Shown here piece by piece: positions 25,201 to 48,500 of a stretch of 64,000 nucleotides of DNA (its first letter is position 1; each line of letters starts with the position of its first letter). Position numbers and translations under genes: made by a program. The notes beneath the pieces are model-generated. The model did not search any database, was not told the origin of the DNA, and saw only the letters and a list, made by a program, of their open reading frames with translations. This DNA comes from Lingula anatina (Eukaryota > Animalia > Brachiopoda), in contig CM120645.1 of the NCBI GenBank assembly GCA_051362555.1, positions 9,920,001 through 9,984,000 of the forward strand, read 5' to 3'.

Positions 25201-28200
25201 GCTGCTGCTGCTACTGGAAGACGAGAGCAGTGCTTCAGGCCTGTCTCCTCGCTGCAGCTGAAGGTGTGAGGTGTCTGGAGAGTGCAGATATAGAACTATA
25301 TTATATAAACATACATATTATACAAACATATATTTCATGCTTCAGGCCTGTCTCCTCGCTTCAGCTGAAGGTGTGAGGTGTCTGGAGAGTGCAGATATAG
25401 AACTATATTATATAAACATACATATTATACAAACATATATTTCATGCTTCAGGCCTGTCTCCTCGCTGCAGCTGAAGGTGTGAGGTGTCTGGAGAGTGCA
25501 GATATAGAACTATATTATATAAACATACATATTATACAAACATATATTTCATGCTTCAGGCCTGTCTCCTTGCTGCAGCTGAAGGTGTGAGGTGTCTGGA
25601 GAGTGCAGATATAGAACTATATTATATAAACATACATATTATACAAACATATATTTCATGCTTCAGGCCTGTCTCCTTGCTGCAGCTGAAGGTGTGAGGT
25701 GTCTGGAGAGTGCAGATATAGAACTATATTATATAAACATACATATTATACAAACATATATTTCATGCTTCAGGCCTGTCTCCTTGCTGCAGCTGAAGGT
25801 GTGAGGTGTCTGGAGAGTGCAGATATAGAACTATATTATATAAACATACATATTATACAAACATATATTTCATGCTTCAGGCCTGTCTCCTTGCTGCAGC
25901 TGAAGGTGTGAGGTGTCTGGAAAGTACATATAACTAAGTTATGTAAACATATATATATTATATATGGCTTACAACTAGAAAAATCACAGGAAACAGGTTT
26001 GAGTTGATACTGTTACCTGAAGAAATCGAGCTTTATGCTAAGATTTTTCAATAGTAAATACAAACAGATTTCAAGAGGCCAGAGACAGATCAGAGAACCA
26101 TCAATTCTCACCTCCTTGTCCAGCACTTCCATTTATCTCCTGCGTCTCACGGTCAGGCTCGCTATCGTCTGTCTTCTCAAGTGTCATGGCTTCCATCCTG
26201 GCGGCCAGATCTCCGGTTTCTTTCCTCTCTTCCTCTGCGGGAGGTTCCATGCTGTTCAGAACAGGAGGTTCTATAACAATCTGCGGTGTGGGAAGGTCGG
26301 CGCTTGCCGTGGCCTCAGCACCGTAACCTGAGGGCGCTTGTGTGTAAATGCTGTCGGCTTCTATGTCCAGTTCTTCCTGGAAATTAAGAATTAAGTTTAG
26401 AAGATCACTGATTGATTGTTGAAATAATTCAACCTTAGAAAGAATGCCAACCTTAGAAATACTGCCTGTGCAGTGAGAGAGAGAGTAACTGGGGTTGAAG
26501 TACCAAACACCATTTAAACTATCAAACTTTAAGCTGCAGGTTAACTCAAATAAAAACAATGATACAACTGTGGTTATTGGTACTTCATCTTTTCTTATTC
26601 AACACTGCTACAGATATTACGAAAAAATAAAATACATAAAAAAACCCCTGCATATATAACTAAATTCAACAAAGTTTCAGCCATTCAATATGTACTACTT
26701 AACATATTTGCCACAACAACACATCAGGGCCATGTTACCGTTTTCTGTGCAGTGTTTCCAGTCTCAGCAGAAGCTTCAGACTCCTGTTGGATCACCGTAT
26801 CAGGTTTCTGTTCTTGTTTCCCTGTCTCCTGCCCTATGTCTCCACTGGCCTGCTGTTTGGGGTATCTACCAGGCTGGCCTGACGTCAACCCTGAGAGGTA
26901 TAAGACAGCATTCGTAAAACAGTCTGTAACATTAGCCATTGGTCCTATGCACACAACCAGTAAAGTTTTGTTTGAAACAGTAGATTTTTCAGAAATGTGT
27001 GATTTTAGTGGTCCAGCATGGCCATTATATTTTTTTCTTAGTTTTCAAAAGAGCTTCGGATTTGATTTATCATTTTCTGAAATGTAACTGTTTCAGATAA
27101 AACTGATCCTTAAAAAACAAAAACAAAAAAAAAAGGTAATAATAAAAAAAAAATTAAAAATAAATAACTAATGCATGAACCAATGGTGCACATCTCTATA
27201 TGATGGGTCCAGGGGAGGCGGAAATAAACCGATGCTTAAATATCTCGATATGTAGATAAATCTTTCATCTCTAAAACGCAGATACCTCAGGCATGCTGAA
27301 AAAAAAAAAGCTCAGAACATTCTCAGACCAGGCCAACATGTGCAAGTTGAATGTCTTAACTGAGAACTACTTGTTGTCAAATGTCACATATTCTACCAGT
27401 ATGGACTTAGATCTGTATTACATGATCTGTATTACTTCCAATCTTGATTCCTACCAAGACTTTTTCTTTGCCACATGAATGATACATACCTTGAAGTTTG
27501 GGTCTGTATTTAAGGAAACCATCTTCTGTTCCATTAAGGTAATACTGTACAGATTGTTTAAAGCGGCCAATCTTTTCTTCTATTGCTTCTGGGCAATTTC
27601 TGGAAGGTGAAAATTGTACCACATAAAACTTTCATCAAATTTTGGTTTTCTGTTAAAAAAATTTATTAAAACAAAAGCGTGTTCTAATCAAAGAAAATGT
27701 CCAATTTGAAGAAGGAAAAATAAGAAAATATTATAATATATATGAAATATATACAATTTTATACTCCTCAGCTTAAAAACCCCAAAAATCTATTCAATGT
27801 CTATCTCCAGCATTTTCCTCAGTAAATATGGAAAGTAAATGACAATTTCATTATTGCTGTCAATTAAGAAAAATGACTGCCTTTTTTAACAACAGATGAA
27901 ATTCTTGGCTGACACTTAATATTCACTTTACCCTATAAATAAAGTTCACCTAAATATAATTCTTCCAATGGCATCTAGATCATCAATGGAAACAAGCTCG
28001 CGGACAAATGATGCTACTTCTAGAATCAGCTGTTTGGTTGGCTGTGCCTGAAACATAAATAGTTAAACATGATATTAAACATTTCAATTATTCATTGCAA
28101 ACCTATAACAAAGCTGTTAGTTTTCAAGGAAGCATATAGTGACTTCTGCAGAGAGAGGATTATTTCACCAGGCAGCGGATAACACTTATGATATTATTGC

Positions 28201-29791
28201 ATATCTTCCAAGTTTCTTTAATAAATTTAACATCCCCCCCCCAAAAAAAAAAAATAAATAATTTAATTTAAAAATGGAGAAAAAATGCACGTAGATTGTA
28301 AATCAGTGCCAAATTAACTCATTCATTGAATAAATATCTGACACCTGTTAAATTTTTGACTTTTTTATAAGGGTACATTCATTTCTTACTAATATCACAT
28401 TATTATAATATTACATTATATAATAATAAACTAGATCATTCCAACCTACCTTTACTACACCTGGCTCATTTACTGTTAGTAATTCTCGAAAAAATGGACG
28501 TAGATCATCCTCAGGCAGAATGTGATCACCTTGGAAAAAATACAGATTTAGATACAAAATGAAGACAAAATAATAACTGCAAATTTCATTTATCTACAAA
28601 AGATATGCGTAATTTACTGCATAAGTTGCCTTAATTTGTGAATTACTTAAAAAATTTTAAACAATGTTTGTTCATGGGAATTTTATTGCAAAAACATGAA
28701 TAATAATAATATTAATAATAATAACAATAATAATAATAATAATAATAGCAACAACAACAACAAAAAGCATGATGCCACCTACTGTCATCAGAGTGAACAA
28801 AGTTGTGGTACAAAAAAGAAAAGATTCTCTGTAGATTTTTAATAAGTAAGAGCATCAGTTTAATGATTTAAATTTCGTAAAGACTGTGTGACTGTGCATG
28901 TGCGTGCATGTGTGTGCACATGCATGCTGTAAAAGGGTTGGTTACAAGGCCACACCCCTTTTTCACAGTACAAATATATGAGCTTAAAAACACAGTAAAA
29001 CTCAATATTCCAGCCTTCTCAAGTTGATCAAGGAAAAAAATAACTGGTCATGTACTGATTTCATAAAGAACCTACAAAAGTCTAATACCTAGCAGAGCAG
29101 CAAATACACAGAACCTTGTTGGATTGAGATCCAGCGCTTTTGCCACAGCATTTACAAAATATTCTCGTGTCTCTAATGTCCCTTTGTAGGTCAGCTTCAA
29201 GTGCTCAGAAGAAAAGTAGCGTGGAGGATCAAATATGGTATAGACTGCATCTTGGGCCAAGATACCCTGAAAGTCGTTCTCTCGGCAATACGCGATCACT
29301 TCTTGATGGTGATCGTCCATAGAGCATGCCACCTGTACGCCCATGTGTCGTAAAGCCATACGCAGGCATGGGCGCAGGCACACTGGGGGCAGCCACCAAA
29401 CTTTAGGGGGCGGTGTGGCTTTATTAAAGACGTGCTTAAGCACCAAGTTGGCACGCTTTCGTTTCTCCGTTTGCTCTTTTTCCCAGTCTCTCATTTTCTC
29501 TTTTTCCAAAGCGCCACTGAAAAACACGACCAACTCCAAGTTGGCACCGCGGCAGGCCTCTGTTAAATTGGTCAGGAAGTGGACCATGCGGTTCCACTCC
29601 CCTCCACAAGCCCAGTCAGAGTAAAAGCCGCCATAAAGACGGTCAAGGCAGCTCTCTGCGTCAATCACAAGGCGAAAGCGCCCTGCCGCATTTCCCCGAC
29701 TATATCCTCGTGCAATTTGCAGAAGATCCACTGGAACGCAGGCCTCCTTACAGCTCGCCTCAATAAATTCATGCAAGCTAGAAATACCCAT
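18467..29791 (-). CDS. FAM120A: FAM120A-like (constitutive coactivator of PPAR-gamma-like protein 1 / Ossa) RNA-binding protein, ~16-17 exons; first exon 29791-29089; 3' end either TAA at 18991 or a further exon to 18467
   Basis: N-terminal RLVIDAESCLDRLYGGFYSDWACGGEWN, PPPKVWWLPP, DHHQEVIAYCREN; later RGVQLGALFMRG, CPWLYFDGKLF, GGQLSIAGVVVGQWG and RG-rich tail; the exon junctions that were checked chain in phase. Confidence 0.92.
22710..23651. mobile_element. PIF/Harbinger-like non-autonomous element in FAM120 intron
   Basis: ~35-bp TIRs ggccacacttttt..tttatggatgacatcct / aggatgtcatccataaaa..aaaagtgtggcc; TTA on both flanks. Confidence 0.85.
25231..25920. repeat. 107-bp tandem repeat (~6.4 units) spanning a FAM120 intron/exon junction
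   Basis: Units start at 25271, 25378, 25485, 25592, 25699, 25806, 25913; nearly identical. Confidence 0.97.
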
Positions 29792-30203
29792 GCTCTCTGG
29801 TGTGTGGTAACTAAAGTCCGAGAGTCATAACTACGGAAAATAGCTTCACCGGTGCTGAACTCCTGGTTGGAGAAAGATGTGCACTTTTGTCTTTGCTTGT
29901 CAACTCCCCACCGACATGTGGTCGACTTCAACGCGGCGATTGTAACGCATGCGTATTGAGGCAGGAAGTCGGCGTATGTTGCAAAAACTTGGGATGGGCG
30001 TTTTATTCAAATAGATTAAGAGGAATCTAATAGTGTAGCAAGACTTTATTGATTAATTATGCAACAGGGAAATTCCCAAAAAGATTCTGTTCATTAATTA
30101 TTCATGTTGGCCAGTCAATCCCAGTTTGACCCGGATTTGACCTTCTCGGTTTTAAAAGTAGGGCACCTGCCTTCCCAGAGATCATTGCGAAAACAGAACT
30201 CCG
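29792..30203. promoter_or_regulatory. Bidirectional promoter FAM120A/copine
   Basis: Divergent starts 412 bp apart; CGCATGCG (NRF1-like) ~29946 and CAGGAAGT (ETS-like) ~29962. Confidence 0.7.
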
Positions 30204-41713
<11,510 letters not shown>

Positions 41714-44055
41714 CTGAAAACAGATCTGGTTTCATGAAAAGATCACGTACCACATGGAGTATTGAGCACAAAGAACAGTACATGGTTATGAAGTGCAAGA
41801 AATAACAGATTTATAATTCATTAGAAATCATTTGTTTTAAACAAGGAGAAAGATGTTGTTTTTTCATAGCGGAGGCATGGTAACATTTGTACATTATAAA
41901 CAGACCCCCTCCCCATTCCCAGTTGTTGTACATAGATAATGTATAAATCTCTCCTAACCTCAGTGTCTCATTTTTATGTACAAACATGCTGCCTTGTTTT
42001 AATTCCGGTAATTGTATATACTTGTACGTAAACAGACTACTATCTCTTTTGTATTGTACTAGAGATTATTATTTATAAAAAGTAACATTTTCTTTAGCAT
42101 AACACCTTGTAAATGTTGACAAATCAAAGATGTTTTTGGAGGCATGAAAGCCACTGTGTTATCAGTAGTTCAGACTGCACAGACAATATTGTAGGTCCTA
42201 TCATTAGTTGTAAACAGTGCTGCCATCTAGGGATTAAGCACAGAATTATTTTCCCATGACCAGTTTAGGAGGCACGGGGACAGAGAAGCAATAATTATTT
42301 AGCTGAGCACAGAAAGCATTTATAACTTATGTATGAATCCCATGCAAAGAAAACACACACTCTTTTATGAAATGTTGAGTGATTTCTTTTAAATGTTTTG
42401 ATGACAGAAATATGAAGAAAGGAGGAGAGAGAAAAATAATTATACCCTTGCATATTTTACATTGTCTTCCATTTTTCTGTGATTTTATCATTTTTGAATG
42501 ATATTAAATCATTTTTAAATTATTTTTATTTCTCACAGATTATAAAATAAAATTAAAATTTATGTATTATGTGCTAAATAACAGAATATAGTTGCCTTAA
42601 TTTTCGGATGTCAAGATCATGGCCTTGTAAATATTTCATTTGATTGTTGTTTGTTAAAATATAAAAAAAAAGTTCAATTTGTGAAAATTGTTATATGCTA
42701 AGAGACGATCTTCATCCCAATTAGCAATCTCAAGACTTTATTTTACCTTTCTCTTGAAAGAAGGACCTCAAAAAATTATGAAAGAGCACAAAAAAGATTA
42801 GTTATTATGTCTATGAGACTGCTCAAATTGTGTTTACCCCGTTATTATGAATTCAAATGGAAAAGATTGAGCTTGTGGATACTGTCTTCTGAAACTGAAC
42901 AAAGATGTCAGTTGCGCCAGGAATTTTCAGTGTGTAATAACAAATTTCTGGTCACATTTTAATGCTCATATAAGAATTCTGTGTGGTCTGTGATGTCTGA
43001 AACGATGTGTTGTATTATAAACGATACCTTTGTAGTAGTTGCTGTAGATAACTCTATCACTTTAAAATGAATTGTTTGTCAATTTTGTTGCTACATGGTT
43101 TTGTAGGAAAATACACATCTACATTTATTACACATCGCAATACATGCACATTGCAATTAAAAGAAATCTTTTTACCTTTCCAAAGTTAGCCATTAATCAG
43201 ATTCATTGTGTATATTTTGTAACTTCCTTGGTATATAGGAGGATTATTTTACCATTATTTTTCTACCCAAGTTTTAAAACGTTATTCCATATGTTTTGTG
43301 ATATCTAGTCCATAGTCTATACCATACATATGTAATACCTCCACTAAAATTACAAAGTTATATGGGTTCGTAATGTGAATTCATTTGTGTTCACTGTCTT
43401 TGCTGAAACTTATTCTGTTGGTTTTATTAACCAATTTAATTCACCAGATTTGTTATAAGGTTAAAATATAAAATAAACTATATCCAAAAAATGAGATATG
43501 GTTATTCGTTGTATCCATGTTTTTTTTTTTTTTTTACTGCATTTCATTTATGGGCCAGGCACGTGCGTGCGCACGCATGCACGTGCCACAGTCCAGGAAA
43601 GAAACCAAATTCAGACAAGTAAACGTACCAATATTTGGACGAGTTTCCAATGAATTAGAATCTGGATTAAGAAGGACTGCCGTTTCCATTTTTGGATGAA
43701 GATTTACTCGATTTATTTGCTGATCTTATGCGTGGATTGAGCCTGATCACCGTTTATAAATGTACAGTCTTCCGTTTACATTTTACTGCTTGCAGAGAAA
43801 AATGTTTTTCTGATATAATGCGCCTTATTTTAATCCCTTTCTTTGAACGACGATCTTGAGTAAGATTGCCTGTCATTGATCACCCTTTGCGCAAGGCACT
43901 GCGCCCGCAGACGACAGAACATGCCCTCCTTGTCGTAAACTCTAAGACAATTTAAGAGGCTGTCGACGAAAAATCAAGTTCGATGATCGATTTTTTCATA
44001 TTCCTCCCAAACACATGATGGTTTTTGTTAATCTAGAAGTTGCACTTCATATAAT

Positions 44056-44355
44056 CAGGGGCGGATCCAGGATTATTTGAGGGGGGGGGGGCGGATCGAC
44101 AGGCCTCGGATGCGAAGCAGACTATTGCTCCCTTGGCGTGGGGTTCGTGGCCTGCTAAAGGGCCCCGAAATATTTTTATTTTTTTTGTGTTTTGGACAGC
44201 AAACAGTGCCCTTTTGTAGGCCTACGGTTTAGAACTAAAATTTCAAAATTCTAATTTCAAAAGGGGAATATTGGTGCGATGTATTTTTCAGAAACCGAAG
44301 GGGGGGAGGGGTCAGGAACCCCCCCTCCCCCCCCCCCTCTCTAAATCCGCCACTG
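44056..44355 (+). mobile_element. MITE with CAG(G/T)GGCGGAT termini, 6-bp TSD tataat
   Basis: tataat|caggggcggat...atccgccactg|tataat. Confidence 0.85.
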
Positions 44356-44600
44356 TATAATAAAGAACGCTACTTTGGGAAAAATAAGAAAAAATAGTAT
44401 TGCAATTTATGTAAATGCTCTCTCCTTCCCCTCCCCCTCTTATATTTTAAGATTAAACCATGCATTGCGTTATGTTTCATTCCAATTTACTTTTTTACTT
44501 AAGAAAATATAATAATAATGATAAAAAATATGGTTTGCTATCCAATGTTACGTTCTCAAATAGCCGTGAGGAGAATGATAGGCAGTACAGCATATTTAAT

Positions 44601-44859
44601 CAGTGGCGGATTTAGAGGGGGCATCAGAGGGGTCCTGACCCCCCCCCCCCCCTTCAATTTCTGAAAAAAAAAAATCACATCAATGGTCCCCTCTTGAAAT
44701 TTTTATTTTGACTAGCTGAATCATAATTCTAAACTGTACCAAATGGCACCATTCGCCCTCTAAAATACCAAACCCACGCCAAGGGGAGGGGGGGAGGGGA
44801 AGGGACGGCTTCTCATCCGCGGACCCCTCTTTCAATAATTCTGGATCCGTCGGCCCCTG
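44601..44859 (-). mobile_element. Inverted related copy, 6-bp TSD tttaat
   Basis: tttaat|cagtggcggat...gcccctg|tttaat; a fragment of the same end also at ~515-569. Confidence 0.8.
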
Positions 44860-45575
44860 TTTAATGCAGTTTTCGGTATTTTTACTATTTTATAAGCGGC
44901 CTGACTTTGAAGGAACTTTTGACGTCTAGTACTTTTATTTAAGATGTTTAATAGTTTTTAAGGTCTGAATTTGGAAAGATTAGTAGCTTTGCAGGATAAG
45001 TTAACATATACATTATAACTTTTAAAACTTGTCAAACCCGTAACTATTGTTTGCTCGCCTCTTGCCTTTTTGCTTGCGCGCCACGTATCGACGAAATCAC
45101 GTTATCAGAGCGGAAAAGCCGCTCTGTTTTCATTTATTATTTGCTGCCATGTAATACTCCGCACTTTGTAAGCCGGTTGGAGATATTTTGCAATAAAGGT
45201 ATTTTATATTTGTTACTATCCACTGTGAAAAATAATTTTAATGAGAAATAACTTCAATGAGAAGTTCAACTTTTCTTGTTCTCCACACGAATGAAGTTGG
45301 ATGCATTTTCATGTTTGTGTAGCGATGCCTCAAAGTGAAGCGAGTTCCTTTCGTTTTACGCATGTTGTGCACGTCTAGAATGTCTAAGATAGAAAAATGA
45401 GGCAACATAAAGAGTAAACTGCCATTGGTAACAATGAATTTATTAAATGTGATTTTTAGCTTCATGAACCGATCAAAGGGGCAGCAGAGTTAGTCTCGGG
45501 GGCCAGTGCAAGTGGAAGATCTATTCAAAAATCACTTATGACTTAAAATAATTTGCCCATTTAAATATGTTTCAG

Positions 45576-48500
45576 ATGGATCCACCGATCATAAACAAAG
45601 GATCTCCAGCATCAGAGCCAGATTCAGCGAGCTCTGATCCCAAGGCCACAGGACTAGTGCAGACTGAAAATCCATCACCAAATTCCTGCGAGGGGGGTGT
45701 AGGGGATGCCCCAGCCCCTGCACCACAGGTAATGCACTGATCAGTACTGATAACATGTTCCTACTTGTTATTGTCAAATTTACCTGATTAGACAGATTAG
45801 TTTGATATAAGGTTGATACTGATATATATGGGAATATTATAACTTTCAATTTTGCTTTCAGATTCATATTGCTTGACAATTCTTAATTCTCTTAATTGTT
45901 ATATTGTATTTTATGTATCTCTCTACAATACACATGGACATACAGGTAGCAGTTCGTTGCCTGTAAAGATGTTAAGTTTGCCTGATTCACTGCAACTGAG
46001 CAGTTGGTTCTTATAGACACTGAATTATGTCTACTAATATGGTTCATTTATGAAGTCAATAGAAGACTTAGGCAGCATTCACAACAGAAGTTGATTCTCA
46101 GCCTAACAGGTCAGTGGATCAAGCATGCATGGCCTACCGACTTGAAATCTTACCAGTGGGGAATCTGTACAGTGTCTATTATGGAACTATGCAGCAAGCT
46201 TTCAAGGGGCATCTGCCGTATTTGGTCCTCGGATCTGATAATTAGGCCACGGATCTACTTGTTGTGAATGTACCATTAGACTTTCACTGTGCAAATTAAT
46301 TTGTTTATAATGTGACTTTATAATCTAGGCACAGTGCTATGTGTAGTTTATGGCATATTGTTGGGTTTGTTTCAGACAAAGAGTGATGAGACCCCATCCA
46401 ATGTTAAGACACAGTCAGTTAAACCAAAGGTAGGAATTCAAGGACATTTTGTAAAAGATTGAATATATATCAAGACTATCTCTGCAATGTACCTGGGTAT
46501 CAGCTAGGGCAAGAAATGCTTTACGTATTAATCTTCTTCATTTTGTCTCTTTTTTTTTCCTGAAAGAACCACCCTTTTAGCTGGAAAAGGTCTGCTTTAA
46601 ATTATCAAATTATGAATTAAATTTAATATGTACGACAGGCTTCTCAAGTCTTTGCAGTTTTTCAATTTTGATTGACTGATGGGTTTAAAAGTTCACTTTT
46701 TCAGAAAAAGAAGCCCCATATGAAATTTCTGCCTTCAGACCTGATATACCCACTAAGTTATGTGAGAAATTTCACCTCTTCCGATTTCAACAGACTTTAT
46801 TAGTTGCAGCTTCTTCCATTTTTATGTCTGCCCCTGACTTCAGTAAATTTTACAAAAACCAAGTCTTTGACATGTTCAAATTTACAGAATAACTAAAATG
46901 TTTGCCATCATAAAACACAGTTTTTTAAATTATGTATATATACATGTAAAAAGTCATAGCGGGATGGTTTTCCAGATAAGATCCGGGTACATCTGTTTTG
47001 TGTGCACTAGGTAAATACATACCATATGCAGGTACATGTTGTTGTATGTTGCATAATTCATTGTTGCTGTTTTTTTTCATTAGAATAGAAACACCACATG
47101 CTATCTGTAGACAGATTTTTCCATTGGTTATATGAACATATAAATGAAGTGTTCGCAATTCTGATGCGATCATTTCACGCTTTTTCACGCATATTGCTAC
47201 AAACATTAATTTATTGATCCCAGAAATCGGCTAGTACGGGTAAGAAGAAAGGCAAGCAGTCCAAGGGACCCACACTGGAAGAACTGAAGAGAAGAGGACG
47301 AGACACCCGCCAGCACCCCCACCAAGATAATATACAGATCATGGACAAGATGGCTGACCTGGTATGTTATGGCTGTTTTGACACTTCTTGATGATGTTTG
47401 CCATGTTCAGAATTGACCGAAGCTGTGACTTAAGAATGTTTGAAAACATGAAGTGTCATCCAAGCTCCTAAATTAATCTAATTAATGTTATCTTAGTAAT
47501 CTTTGCCAGTTTTATAATTGGTCTATGCAGTTCTAATACACTTGATTAGTGTATTCTGAATATAACTGATTTTAAATTTAGCTCAGGAGGTTTGTGTGTG
47601 TGGTGGGGAGGGGGGGGGGGATACTGATTGTTAATAACATACATGTATAATTGCTATGGGTAATTGGGAAAATAACACTTAAAGCATGTTTGTCTTTTAT
47701 AGCTGAACGCTTTTTACACAATTTTCTGTGTGAAATTATATGGTTTTTCACTTATAAATAATTCTTTGAACTTTCTTTATTTGCAGTCCATGAAATCAAT
47801 GAAATTAACAAATCTGGGGTAAGATTAAATTTTCAAATAAATATTAGACTTTACTTGTTACAAGTTGTTCCTTCTCAGTAATTATGAATTATTGCTGAAA
47901 ATTACACTAGCTTCCACTCCTGTGCAGGTTTTATTTTCAAGATTGGAAAAATTTGTCAAGATAGAAAATCAAGGCACAGTAACTACTTTCAAAATTTCCT
48001 ACAATATTTTAATAAGTATGAATATAAGAATATGCAGCAGGCTTGAATGGAAACAGTTATGATACAAAATAAATATTTTACCTTTGAGTAAACAGTACTA
48101 CATAAAACCCATTTTATTGATAAAATTTCAAACTGAAATGAATCAGATGTACAAGGCAACTTCACTGTATATTTTATGTTTACATGTTTGTTTTTTTAAA
48201 ATTTATATTTTATCGGTGTCAAATTCTTTTTCATATAGTACGGGGTTGATCTATGATCACTTCATGACCCAGCACAGGTGTGAGTGGGACCTCCTGCACC
48301 CCGAATGTCCTGACAGGATAACAGAGCCTTATCTAAGATGTCTACAGTATGGTCTGGTCACCAGATGTGTACCCATATTGGTAAGTACAGACCCAGTAGG
48401 GGATAAATGCGGACCAAGTAGGGCATAAATTTCAGAGAAGGGCATAAATTTCTTTTGTACACTGGTTGAATGACCAGAATTACAGTAATGGTATAGCTAT

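Noticed and set aside
25188-25911. Six repeated 62-70 aa plus-strand ORFs; CRISPR-like regularity
   Set aside because: By-product of the 107-bp tandem repeat; units are identical with no unique spacers, and the context is a eukaryotic intron
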